Of a stretch of DNA of 64,000 bases, positions 28,754-43,224 are shown piece by piece. Location of the stretch: NCBI GenBank assembly GCA_964016885.1, contig OZ024755.1, positions 42,346,001 through 42,410,000 of the forward strand, given 5' to 3'. The notes beneath the pieces were generated by a model that saw only the letters and a list, made by a program, of their open reading frames with translations, was not told the origin of the DNA and searched no databases. Position numbers and translations under genes: made by a program. Each line of letters starts with the position of its first letter. Position 1 is the stretch's first letter. The DNA is from Eledone cirrhosa. Lineage: Eukaryota.

Positions 28754-31700
28754 ATGATGTTCCAGAACAATGTAAACGAGATAATTGCCAATTTGGGTTC
28801 TGGAACAAAAAAGATCATTGGCAATAAGGGCAGGGGCCCCAAGTTATCACAACCTGGGCCCGCCCGTCATCGTGCCATTGTAATAGAGCCAAACAGGGCA
28901 TTTAGTCTTGGCTGCTGGAACGTACGGACGCTGCTTGACAGGGATTCTTTGGAGCGTCCTGAACGAAGGACCGCTCTTGTTGCGAAGGAGCTTCGACGTT
29001 ACGATCTTGACATCGTGGCTTTGTCTGAGACGAGGTTAGCTGGAGATGGTCATCTTACGGAATTTTGTGGAGAATATACATTCTTCTGGAAAGGAAGAGA
29101 TGAAGGAACCAGAAGAGAGGCTGGGGTAGGATTTGCTGTTAAGACTGTACTGGTGAATAAATTGGAAGAATTCCCAGTGGGGATTAGTGAGCGTCTTATG
29201 TCCATGAGAGTTCCGCTGGACAAGGGAAGATATGCTACCCTGGTGAGTGTGTATGCTCCAACTATGAATTCTGTCGATGAAGAAAAACTGTCCTTTTACC
29301 ATGCCTTGAAAGGTGTTTTAAGAAATATCCCTCAGGCAGACAAAGTCATCGTGCTTGGTGACTTTAATGCTAGAGTGGGTAGGGATTTTAACACATGGAA
29401 TGTAATCGGAAGGCATGGGGTGGGAAAGTGTAACAGCAATGGTATGCTCTTGCTGCAGATGTGTGAGGAGCTGGATCTGTGTGTTACCAACACCATGTTC
29501 CAACAAAAGAACAAATTCAAGACCACATGGATGCATCCTGCATCTAAGGAATGGCATCTTTTGGACTACGTCCTAGTCAGGATGCGTGACAGACAGGATG
29601 TGCGGTGTGTTCGTGTTCTTCGTGGAGCTGAGTGCTGGACGGACCACCGCCTGGTACGCGCAAAAGTGAATCTAATCACCAAACGTAAAATCCGGGCTCC
29701 TGGTGTTGCCCTGCCCAAAAGATTGAATGCTGCTCGTCTTAAGGATAAAAATGTGAAGAGGACATTGGAAGAAGAGATGCAGGCTGCAGATCTTGGTGAG
29801 GATTGGCCGACCCTTAAAAAGTCGGTTTATGATGTAGGCAGACGTGTTCTGGGATTGGTGCAGAGAAAACATCAGGACTGGTTTAATGAGAAAGATGTGC
29901 ATATAGATGACTTGTTGGCTGATAAGAGGCGCGCTCTGTCACGCTACTTGACGGCAAGACCACAGGAGAGGAATACGTTGCATGAGGAGCTCAGGGATGT
30001 AAAATCACGTGTTAGGCGGAGTCTTTCTCAGATGAAGGATCAGTGGTGGAGTGAGAAGGCTGGTGAGATACAAACTGCGTCTGATTGCAATAACACAAAG
30101 CTGTTGTACAGTCTCTTGCGTGAGGTTTATGGACCGTCTTCTTCTCTGGTGACACCGATTCGCAGCAGGGATGGCAAAGAACTTCTTCGTGACTCACAGG
30201 GAATTCTACGAAGGTGGCGGGAGCACTTTGATGATCTTTTGAATCAGCCGTCTGTCGTCAGTGAAGATTTCCTCAATCTCATTCCGGAAAGTCCTGTGAA
30301 AGTAGCTCTCGCAGAGCCTCCGACACTTGTGGAGGTTGCAGTGGCTATTTCGAAGCTGAACAGTGGAAGATCTCCAGGTATGGATGGCATACATGCTGAG
30401 CTCCTACAATATGGTGGTGAGAGACTCCTGCAACATCTTCACTCTCTGTTTGGAAGGATATGGGCTAATGAATCCGTGCCTGAGGACTGGAGAGATGCAG
30501 TAATGGTGGTCTTGTACAAGGGAAAGGGTAACAGGAATGATTGTGGGAACTACAGAGGTATATCATTGCTTTCTGTCGTGGGGAAAGTTTTATGTAGGGT
30601 GCTTCTGGACCGTCTGCTGACACACATTGCAGATTGTGTCCTTCCTGAAAGTCAATCTGGTTTTCGTGTTGGACGCGGCACTACTGATATGATCTTCTCA
30701 GCTAGACAGCTCCAGGAGAAGTGCATTGAACAGGGCTTGGATATGTATCAGGTTTTTGTCGATCTGACAAAGGCTTTCGATACTGTCAACAGAGATGCAT
30801 TATGGAAGGTTCTCCAGAAACTTGGTTGCCCTGATAAGTTCCTTGCTTTAGTTAGGTCTTTCCATGACGACATGAAGGCTTGGGTTAATGTCGGAGGTAA
30901 CATGTCGGAGCCTATCTCAGTAAAAAATGGAGTGAAACAGGGGGATATTCCAGCACCGACCCTGTTTGCCATATACTTTGCAATGGTTTTCTGTGTTGCA
31001 TTCAGGAATTGCGAGCATGGTGTTTACATCCGATATCGAACCTCAGGCAGCATATTTAACATCAGGCGCTTTGCTGCGAAGACAAAAGTATTTACATCAG
31101 TCATAAGAGACCTCTTGTATGCAGATGATTGCGATCTTGTAGCGCACACAGAGAGTGATATGCAGCACATTTTGAATGTATTTTCTGACGCTTGCACTGC
31201 CCTGGGTTTGACTGTCAGTCTCAAGAAAACCGTCGTCATGTACCAACCTGCACCTGGTGGGCAGTACACTGAACCAAACATCTATGTGTATGGCAAACGA
31301 CTTGGAGTGGTTGATCAGTTTGTCTACCTGGGAAGCACTGTCAATCGATACGGCAACCTTGACGGTGAAATCTCACTTAGGATTAGGAAAGCAAGTGATG
31401 CTTTCGGAAAGCTAGAAAGGCGACTCTGGGGTCGGCGAGACATATGCAGGAGGACAAAGGTAAAGGTGTACAGGGCATGTGTACTCTCTTGTCTTCTTTA
31501 TGCCTGCGAGACCTGGGTCACATATCGACGCCACCTTAAGCAATTGGAGCGTTTCCATCAGATGTGTCTCAGACGGATACATGGTGTTCGCTGGAGGGAC
31601 CACATCAGTGATGTCGAGATTTTGGAAAGCTCTATGTGTGACAGTATAGAAGCTCTTGTGCTTAGGCAGCGACTCCGTTGGAGTGGTCACCTTGCCAGGA

Positions 31701-32299
31701 TGAGGGATTCTAGAATACCAAAACAACTCTTCTATGGAGAGTTGGTTAAAGGAAAACGACCGCCACATAAACCAAAAAAGAAGTATAAGGATTCCTTGAA
31801 GGCCTCTCTGAAAGACGCTAACATCTCTGCTGATACATGGGAAAATATTGCTGCTGATCGTAATAAATGGAGAAAGACTGTATATGAGGGAAAAGTTGCC
31901 TTTGAGGCATCTCGAATCGCACACGAGAAAGTAAAGCGGGACGTGAGGAAGGGTATTGCTGTTGCACTTCCAGACGGCGAGGGTCCTCCTATGTTTCTGA
32001 CATGCAGCGTCTGTGCGAGACTCTGCCTAAGCAAAGCTGGACTCGAAAGTCATCTTCGCAGTCATAAAGTAAGACCAGTGGTTGACTACCAGGCTGCTGT
32101 TGGAGATGCTACTCATCATGCTTGCCAAACATGTGGTAGAGAATGTAAATCAGCAGGAGGACTCAAGCGACATGCAAAAGTACACGAACTCCAACCACAG
32201 CCGACTATTCCCAGTAAATGTTTTGGTTGCCGACTCTATGCAAGACATTTTGGATCATTGGCTGGGCTAAAAAGCCACATTCGATCGCAGCACTGTTAG
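28754..32299 (+). CDS. RTE (BovB-like) ORF: APE + RT + C-terminal C2H2 fingers
   Basis: WNVRTL, LSETR, GDFNARVG, WTDHRL, FVDLTKAFD, GVKQG, LLYADD, RLRWSGH, CSVC..HLRSH, CQTC..HAKVH. ATG at 28754; the upstream part of the track ORF is Tx1 3'UTR. Confidence 0.93.
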   Translation: MMFQNNVNEIIANLGSGTKKIIGNKGRGPKLSQPGPARHRAIVIEPNRAFSLGCWNVRTLLDRDSLERPERRTALVAKELRRYDLDIVALSETRLAGDGHLTEFCGEYTFFWKGRDEGTRREAGVGFAVKTVLVNKLEEFPVGISERLMSMRVPLDKGRYATLVSVYAPTMNSVDEEKLSFYHALKGVLRNIPQADKVIVLGDFNARVGRDFNTWNVIGRHGVGKCNSNGMLLLQMCEELDLCVTNTMFQQKNKFKTTWMHPASKEWHLLDYVLVRMRDRQDVRCVRVLRGAECWTDHRLVRAKVNLITKRKIRAPGVALPKRLNAARLKDKNVKRTLEEEMQAADLGEDWPTLKKSVYDVGRRVLGLVQRKHQDWFNEKDVHIDDLLADKRRALSRYLTARPQERNTLHEELRDVKSRVRRSLSQMKDQWWSEKAGEIQTASDCNNTKLLYSLLREVYGPSSSLVTPIRSRDGKELLRDSQGILRRWREHFDDLLNQPSVVSEDFLNLIPESPVKVALAEPPTLVEVAVAISKLNSGRSPGMDGIHAELLQYGGERLLQHLHSLFGRIWANESVPEDWRDAVMVVLYKGKGNRNDCGNYRGISLLSVVGKVLCRVLLDRLLTHIADCVLPESQSGFRVGRGTTDMIFSARQLQEKCIEQGLDMYQVFVDLTKAFDTVNRDALWKVLQKLGCPDKFLALVRSFHDDMKAWVNVGGNMSEPISVKNGVKQGDIPAPTLFAIYFAMVFCVAFRNCEHGVYIRYRTSGSIFNIRRFAAKTKVFTSVIRDLLYADDCDLVAHTESDMQHILNVFSDACTALGLTVSLKKTVVMYQPAPGGQYTEPNIYVYGKRLGVVDQFVYLGSTVNRYGNLDGEISLRIRKASDAFGKLERRLWGRRDICRRTKVKVYRACVLSCLLYACETWVTYRRHLKQLERFHQMCLRRIHGVRWRDHISDVEILESSMCDSIEALVLRQRLRWSGHLARMRDSRIPKQLFYGELVKGKRPPHKPKKKYKDSLKASLKDANISADTWENIAADRNKWRKTVYEGKVAFEASRIAHEKVKRDVRKGIAVALPDGEGPPMFLTCSVCARLCLSKAGLESHLRSHKVRPVVDYQAAVGDATHHACQTCGRECKSAGGLKRHAKVHELQPQPTIPSKCFGCRLYARHFGSLAGLKSHIRSQHC

Positions 32300-32307
32300 T
32301 TGCTATC

Positions 32308-32345
<38 letters not shown>

Positions 32346-32660
32346 GCTTATGTGCGTGCGTGTGTGTGTATATATATATGAATATGTATATTATTATTGT
32401 TGTTGTCGTTATTATTATTATTGCTATTATTATTATTATTATTATTGAATGCCATGGTTGACGGAGGCTCGGCTCTGTAAGGTATAGTAATTTTTAACCG
32501 TTAAAACAATTGTAAATTGTTTAAAACTTGAACCAAATTGTTGATAAAGACACCCTCCTCCTCGTGAGAGGGGTCTTTCTGTCCGTTATTTGGCCCTTCG
32601 GGGTTAAATAACCAGTTATTGGGGTTTTGTACCCAATATTCATTTTAAACAAAAAACAAC

Positions 32661-34757
32661 ATGGCTACGAAAATGAAATTTCATACGTCACTCCCACTCA
32701 TTCCGTCTTCTTCTTCCTCAATCATCACTACAGCAGAGAGAAGATTGTCTCTCTCCCTCCCTTCTTTAAATGTGTCTCTCTCCCTCCCTTCTCTTTCGCA
32801 AGTGACGAAAGAAAAGAAAAGTCTCGTGCAAAGCGTGCAAGGTTTCACCACGACGACGACGACAGCGACGAAACAGGTGTGCGGGAAATACGAAAACCCA
32901 GTTCATTCGTCTGACGTCAGGAATAATAGCAGTAGCAGCCGTAATAACAACAGCAACAGTGACAATGAAAACAACAGTAGCAGCCGCAACAGCATCACCA
33001 GCAGCATAAACAACAACAGCATTAGCAGCAGCAACACCAACAACAACCACAGCAACAGCGGCGGAGGCAGTAGTCGTAGTACCTGCAGCAACAACAAAAG
33101 TACCAGCAGCTCTGACGACAACAACAACAGCAGAGAAAAACCAATCTCATTTGCAGGTATTGCGAAAAACTTGGAAACAATCCTCATAACAAATGAGGAA
33201 TTAGAGGAAGCGAAGAAGATGGTGACAAAGAACGGACACCGAGCAATCTGCAAGGCAGCGAAAAATTTTTTCGAAACCCAAGAGCACTGTACGGTCACGT
33301 ACCGTACAGTAAGTACAAAATCCCGTAGGGTGGAAAGAGCCACAGAGGCCCAAATACAAAAAGCCTTGGGGTCTGTGTGGCAGAGGAAAACGCACATCAC
33401 CCGAGGCAAAAAATACGCCACCGTAGACGTACTTTTTGCCACACCCCAGGAGGCAAAGGCCCAATCAGTAGTGACCCTAAGGAGCGAGGAAATGGTGTTG
33501 GTGCCCTCCTACTGCGGGCAAAAAATTGTGAGGGTCAAACTGACCCACGTCCCCCCCGGAATGACCCCTTCTTGGCTGGCCGCGTCTGTCCTCGTCGGAA
33601 TCGAGGACAAAACAACTGTACTGCAAGTACAGAAAAAAGTAAGAGAAGATTGGGTCGGCTCCTCCATTGAGATGCTAATCCAAACCAACCAGGAGTGCAT
33701 CGAAGCTATCCCGGATGTGATAGACTTCGATAACGGCACTCAACTGCCCATAAGTGTTGAGGGCAAACGCCCGAAATGCTTTCGCTGTGGATCGAAGACT
33801 CACCTCAGGGCCTTCTGCAACGAGAAGACCCTGAGAAAGGAGAAAACCCCCCTCCTTCCGAATCCGGCTCCACGGCTACCAGCAACAGGACAAGCGGCAA
33901 CCAGGAACGATAGGTCCGTGGCACCCATACCCACTCCACGGAAATCAAAGACAGCAGCAGCAGTGGAAATATTAACAACAACAACAGCAATACCAAATGC
34001 AGCTGCAACAGAGACTCCAGTGCAAACATCACCAACAACAACAAGTGAAAGAGTGGAGCTGGTACCCCTCCCCGACCTTACAGAATCAGACATGGAGTGT
34101 GAGGTGGGAGAGGGATGGCAAAAGGTCGCAAGAAGGCACAAACGCAGAAGCAGCGCATCGTCGCCTTTGAAAAGGGAGGAAAGAAATGAGAAAAGGGTAA
34201 AGTCTACTGCAAAGAGACCCACAGCAGCAACACCACCAACACCATCACCACCCACACCAGCACCACCATCACCACCGGCGACAACCCCACCGCCAACAAC
34301 ACCTTCAACACCACCACCACAAGCACCAACATCGCAAACACAACAACAAAACACACACACCCAGCAACAACGACAAGAAAATAGCAGAACCACACCCCAC
34401 CCCCAGAAAAACAAATGCACGGCAATAAACACACACAACAAGAAACTAATGACTTACATAATTGAACACACAGACATTTCACAACAGGACTACATAATAC
34501 CAGCACCAATCAAAACGCCAACTAACATAAGACTGCTAAAAATAGCACAGAAACAATACACAAACATTAAAACGAAATTCCCCAACGCAGTTGGTGATTT
34601 CAGGGACCTAGGAGGAACCATTAATCGAAGAGTATATTCAGACATTCTCTTAGAAGAGCCGACGACCAGCCGAAGGGACGATTCAACGGTCCCTTCACCA
34701 GACGATCAAGTGAAAAGGGATGTAAAAACCATCCCTCCTCTACCAAAAGTACGGTAA
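32661..34757 (+). CDS. Tx1 ORF1 (gag-like, CCHC zinc knuckle)
   Basis: EGKRPKCFRCGSKTHLRAFC; same architecture as the element A ORF1. Confidence 0.88.
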   Translation: MATKMKFHTSLPLIPSSSSSIITTAERRLSLSLPSLNVSLSLPSLSQVTKEKKSLVQSVQGFTTTTTTATKQVCGKYENPVHSSDVRNNSSSSRNNNSNSDNENNSSSRNSITSSINNNSISSSNTNNNHSNSGGGSSRSTCSNNKSTSSSDDNNNSREKPISFAGIAKNLETILITNEELEEAKKMVTKNGHRAICKAAKNFFETQEHCTVTYRTVSTKSRRVERATEAQIQKALGSVWQRKTHITRGKKYATVDVLFATPQEAKAQSVVTLRSEEMVLVPSYCGQKIVRVKLTHVPPGMTPSWLAASVLVGIEDKTTVLQVQKKVREDWVGSSIEMLIQTNQECIEAIPDVIDFDNGTQLPISVEGKRPKCFRCGSKTHLRAFCNEKTLRKEKTPLLPNPAPRLPATGQAATRNDRSVAPIPTPRKSKTAAAVEILTTTTAIPNAAATETPVQTSPTTTSERVELVPLPDLTESDMECEVGEGWQKVARRHKRRSSASSPLKREERNEKRVKSTAKRPTAATPPTPSPPTPAPPSPPATTPPPTTPSTPPPQAPTSQTQQQNTHTQQQRQENSRTTPHPQKNKCTAINTHNKKLMTYIIEHTDISQQDYIIPAPIKTPTNIRLLKIAQKQYTNIKTKFPNAVGDFRDLGGTINRRVYSDILLEEPTTSRRDDSTVPSPDDQVKRDVKTIPPLPKVR

Positions 34758-34792
34758 GTGGTCTTTCCCATCTTTTCCACTCTATTTTAAAC

Positions 34793-37700
34793 ATGACCTC
34801 ACTCAGAATAGGCAGCATAAATGCGCGTGGCTTGGGGTCGTCATGGAAGCAGGGTCACCTGCTCAACGACCTCAGGTCACTAAACATAGATGTAGTGGCC
34901 ATCAGCGAGACCAGAATCTCCGAAGCACGGGCCTTCGCACCGATCTTCGGCGGCTACGATGTGTACGCATCTCCCAGCCGTCCTGGATCGGGTGGAGGAG
35001 TTGCTGTGCTTTTTCGGAGAGGTTTGGATCTCGCCATACGGGCCATCTTCCTGGACCCAGAGGGTAAGCTGGTGGTGCTGGACGTGACCAGCGGAGACGG
35101 GCAAGCTTTCAGGCTAGTGGCCGTCTATGCCCCGACAGGAGCAGGGCGGCCTGATTTCTTCCGGCGTCTGGAGACCTTTCTTGGAACGTCCCGCTCTTTA
35201 GTGTTAGTGGGCGACTGGAACGGGATCTTAGATGCACGCTGGGACTGTGTGGGATTAGCGGATAGGGGTGGAGGGTGCAAGAGCCTCACCAACCTGCTCA
35301 GGCGTTTTGAACTGTCTGACAGGTACCGATTGGATTTCCCGAATGTGCCAATGTGGACTTGGACAAACCGCATAGGGTCATCCAGATCATATCTAGATAG
35401 AGTATTTTGTAGGGAAATAGATAGGTCTAGCATAGGCTGTCCACAATTCAAGATAGTCAGCTACACGGACCACAAATTCGTGACCTGTGTGCTTGACTTA
35501 GATAGGCTTCATAGACGAGGACCCGGCTACTGGAAGCTAAACGCGTCCTTACCAGCGCGCAAGGCCTACAGAGACCGGATTAGCGAACTAGTTAAGCGGG
35601 CGTTGACGGGGGCCATCGTCAACAACAAGTGGTGGTTTGCTCTGAAAAGAGCGATTAGAATAGAATCGATTAGGTTTAGTAAGGCTTTAGCAATAGAGAA
35701 AAATAGAGCAGAGGGAGAACTAGTTAGAAAATTAGACGAGGCGCTTAGCAAAGGCATTGCGACCGACGTGCTTGCGGCGAAATTGGCCCTTGACCAATTC
35801 TTCAATGCAAAGCACGAAGGCTGCGTTGTCAGAGCTAGGGTGCGTGCTCTCAGACACGAGGGGACGAAAGCCGTTCAATGGGCCCGAGTGGCGGAGGCGC
35901 GTCGTGGCAACAAAGCCACGATCCGGTCTTTGGTGGACCACGACGGGCGCATGCTACTCGATCCCGGGCAAATGTGTGAAGCTTTTCAGCGACACTTCGC
36001 TCAGCTGTTCGGGGGCAGCGGCGGGCCGGGTAGAGGGATGGACTTTAGTGTCTACCTCGACGGACTGCCGCGGCTCTCGGCCACTGAGGCGAAGTGTTGC
36101 GAAAAGCCGATAACAGCCGCTGAAGTACGGGAGGCAATGACTGGCTGCACAAGGGGTAAATCGCCTGGTTTGGATGGTCTGCCCTATGAACTTTACGTAC
36201 AGATGCCAGACTTGTTCGGAGGCCTCTTGGCGGACGTCTACTGCAACTGGCAACAGAACGGGAGAATTCCCAGTTCTGTGAGCCGAGGAGCGGTGGCACT
36301 GCTGAGAAAGGATCCGAACAAGGGGGATAACATAGACAATTTCCGGCCCATAACTCTGCTAAACACAGAGTTTAAGATTTTGGCCAAGGTGCTAGCAAAG
36401 AGGTTGGCGCTTGTCGTTGGTGGTCTGGTGGGAGAGGCGCAGACATGCGCCATTCCCGACAGATCCATCCACGACAACCTCCACCTCATGCGATACATCG
36501 TAGAGAGGGTAGCTAGGGAACCTGGCACGGGTGGGTCCTTGATCAATTTAGATCAGTCGAAAGCTTTCGATAGGGTCGACCATCGTTACCTAGCGGCAGT
36601 CCTGAGGGCGGCTGGCTTTGGGCCCGTCTTCAGAGGCTGGATCGCTGCCATGCACAGCGACATCTGCTCTGTGGTGAGAGTGAACGGTCACCTGTCGGAA
36701 CCGTTCAACATCATGCGCTCGGTCCGCCAAGGATGTCCCCTCTCGTCCCTCTTGTACGTATTGACTCTCGAGCCATTACTGCACAAACTGGAGACGTTGA
36801 GGGGAGTCCCGCGCGAACTAGGATGCGGAAGATCCGTGTCAGCATATGCGGACGATGTCACCGTAGTGGTGTCGAACGCCAAACACATCGAGACGATCGG
36901 CACTACACTAAGAGAATACGAAGCGGTGACAGGAGCAATGATCAACCAGGAAAAGTCAGTGGGCCTGCAGCTCGGCACCTGGAGAGGCAGGTCCATGCCG
37001 TCCAACAGCGTCGTCGGGCGCTGGACGGACGGACCGGTTAAATTGCTAGGGGTCTGGTTCGGTCCGGACCTCCAGACGGACAAAAACTGGGACGAGGTGA
37101 CGAGCAGGGTGGCTTCTCTCACCCAGAAATGGGCGGAGAGGAAGCTATCCCTGAAAGGTCGAGCGGAGGTGGCTAACGCGTACATCGCGTCTGTCATCTG
37201 CTACCGCCTAACCGTCGTACCTTGTCCTAAGCCTCGCCTGACTGCGCTGGAGCGTTTGCTCTTTCGCTTTTTGTGGAAGGGACGTGCTCCGATGGTCAGG
37301 CGGTCCATCTGTTGTCAACACCCGCTACGTGGAGGGCTGGGCATGCCGTGGCTGATGATGCGCAGGCACGCGCTCAGGCTACGACATCTCCACCTCTTCC
37401 TCGACGGTGATCAGGTGTGGTCGCCGTTTGCTAGACGCGTTTTTCCCCAGCTCGTTTCCTTGACGGAGCTGCAGTCCTGGGTCAAGCGAAGACCGAGAGG
37501 GAGCGCCTGGAGACTGGAATGTCTTCAGGCGCTCACAGCCCTCGACCAATCGGGCAATGTGATCGGTGGAAACTCCACCTCGGCGTTCTATAAAGGATTA
37601 GTGGAGGGGAAGAGCGACGACGTACTTGGGGAAACTCTAGGCGTCGACGAAAATCAACTAGCCAATCTCTTCGGAAGAACTTTCGGGCCAGGGCCTATGG

Positions 37701-38212
37701 ACAACTTCCAGAAATCTCTGGCCTGGCAGTGCTACCGAGGAGCCTTGCCAGTTCGGGATAAACTCTACAGGCATGGAGGTGCCGTCAGCCGGGCATGTCC
37801 GAGATGCGCGCAGGGCGACGAAACCGTCCTGCACGCACTCGTCCAGTGTCCGAAAATTGCTGACTTGTGGGTTTATGTCGAACACCTGCTGTCGCGTTTA
37901 GGACGGATCCAGCTATCATCTGAGTCTATCGTGAGGATTGCCCCGCCCTCCTCCTTTAGCCGGGAAGGGCAGGCAGTTTTTATCTGTCTGGTGGCCATGG
38001 CGAAAGAGATAGTATGGTGGACACGTTTGAAAGGGCTGAAGACGAGCACTTACCTCTTCGGTGATGCTCTGATTGCCTTTTTCAAATTTCATTTGAAAAG
38101 GAAAATCAGAGTAGAGAAGGAAGTGCTCTCTTCCCAGCATTTTGTTGAAAGATGGGTGAGAGAAGCAAGAATGGCCCGAGTGAATGGGCCGACTCTGAGT
38201 ATATATCTGTAA
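34793..38212 (+). CDS. Tx1/L1 ORF2: APE + RT + CCHC
   Basis: Same motifs and length (1139 aa) as 25012-28431, clearly diverged in sequence. Confidence 0.95.
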   Translation: MTSLRIGSINARGLGSSWKQGHLLNDLRSLNIDVVAISETRISEARAFAPIFGGYDVYASPSRPGSGGGVAVLFRRGLDLAIRAIFLDPEGKLVVLDVTSGDGQAFRLVAVYAPTGAGRPDFFRRLETFLGTSRSLVLVGDWNGILDARWDCVGLADRGGGCKSLTNLLRRFELSDRYRLDFPNVPMWTWTNRIGSSRSYLDRVFCREIDRSSIGCPQFKIVSYTDHKFVTCVLDLDRLHRRGPGYWKLNASLPARKAYRDRISELVKRALTGAIVNNKWWFALKRAIRIESIRFSKALAIEKNRAEGELVRKLDEALSKGIATDVLAAKLALDQFFNAKHEGCVVRARVRALRHEGTKAVQWARVAEARRGNKATIRSLVDHDGRMLLDPGQMCEAFQRHFAQLFGGSGGPGRGMDFSVYLDGLPRLSATEAKCCEKPITAAEVREAMTGCTRGKSPGLDGLPYELYVQMPDLFGGLLADVYCNWQQNGRIPSSVSRGAVALLRKDPNKGDNIDNFRPITLLNTEFKILAKVLAKRLALVVGGLVGEAQTCAIPDRSIHDNLHLMRYIVERVAREPGTGGSLINLDQSKAFDRVDHRYLAAVLRAAGFGPVFRGWIAAMHSDICSVVRVNGHLSEPFNIMRSVRQGCPLSSLLYVLTLEPLLHKLETLRGVPRELGCGRSVSAYADDVTVVVSNAKHIETIGTTLREYEAVTGAMINQEKSVGLQLGTWRGRSMPSNSVVGRWTDGPVKLLGVWFGPDLQTDKNWDEVTSRVASLTQKWAERKLSLKGRAEVANAYIASVICYRLTVVPCPKPRLTALERLLFRFLWKGRAPMVRRSICCQHPLRGGLGMPWLMMRRHALRLRHLHLFLDGDQVWSPFARRVFPQLVSLTELQSWVKRRPRGSAWRLECLQALTALDQSGNVIGGNSTSAFYKGLVEGKSDDVLGETLGVDENQLANLFGRTFGPGPMDNFQKSLAWQCYRGALPVRDKLYRHGGAVSRACPRCAQGDETVLHALVQCPKIADLWVYVEHLLSRLGRIQLSSESIVRIAPPSSFSREGQAVFICLVAMAKEIVWWTRLKGLKTSTYLFGDALIAFFKFHLKRKIRVEKEVLSSQHFVERWVREARMARVNGPTLSIYL

Positions 38213-38473
38213 ACTAAAGGTGGAAAACTGGGAGAGGGCACTTGCCTTGGTGGTCAGGGTCATTGTGGCTTTTTACTGGGCTTTCTCCACAAATGTCCCT
38301 CCGAAGTCTCCCCCCTATTGGGGAATTTTTCATTGTTATTTTCATTGTTATTTTTGTTACATCCTCTGTTTTTGTTTTTTTTACACGCAGAAATGCCCAT
38401 TTGTACCGTCCTGCATTGTCCTGCACTGTCCTTAATGTCTACTTTATGTAAACCCTTGTGGTTAATAAAGAAA

Positions 38474-38535
<62 letters not shown>

Positions 38536-38597
38536 TTTTTTTTAATTTTTTTTTTTATTGTGCAATGGCCATACTCGATAACGAGGGGGCAGCCATC

Positions 38598-43224
<4,627 letters not shown>

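Larger units (their letters stand above)
32447..38475 (+). mobile_element. Full-length Tx1/L1-type element B inserted in (ATT)n of the RTE 3'UTR
   Basis: ORF1 + ORF2, flanked by (ATT)n on both sides; ends AATAAAGAAATC. Confidence 0.93.
22370..38597 (+). mobile_element. C2H2-finger RTE LINE split by two nested Tx1 insertions (pieces ~22370-22860, 28691-32446, 38476-38597)
   Basis: The 5'UTR piece is homologous to the RTE-derived SINE, the ORF is at 28754-32299, and the 3' terminus resumes at 38476 as in the uninterrupted copy 8956-9805. The 5' boundary is approximate. Confidence 0.82.

Noticed and set aside
23062-38263. Antisense and alternate-frame ORFs over the Tx1 and RTE genes
   Set aside because: Shadows of the real ORFs or of low-complexity codon runs; no domain motifs
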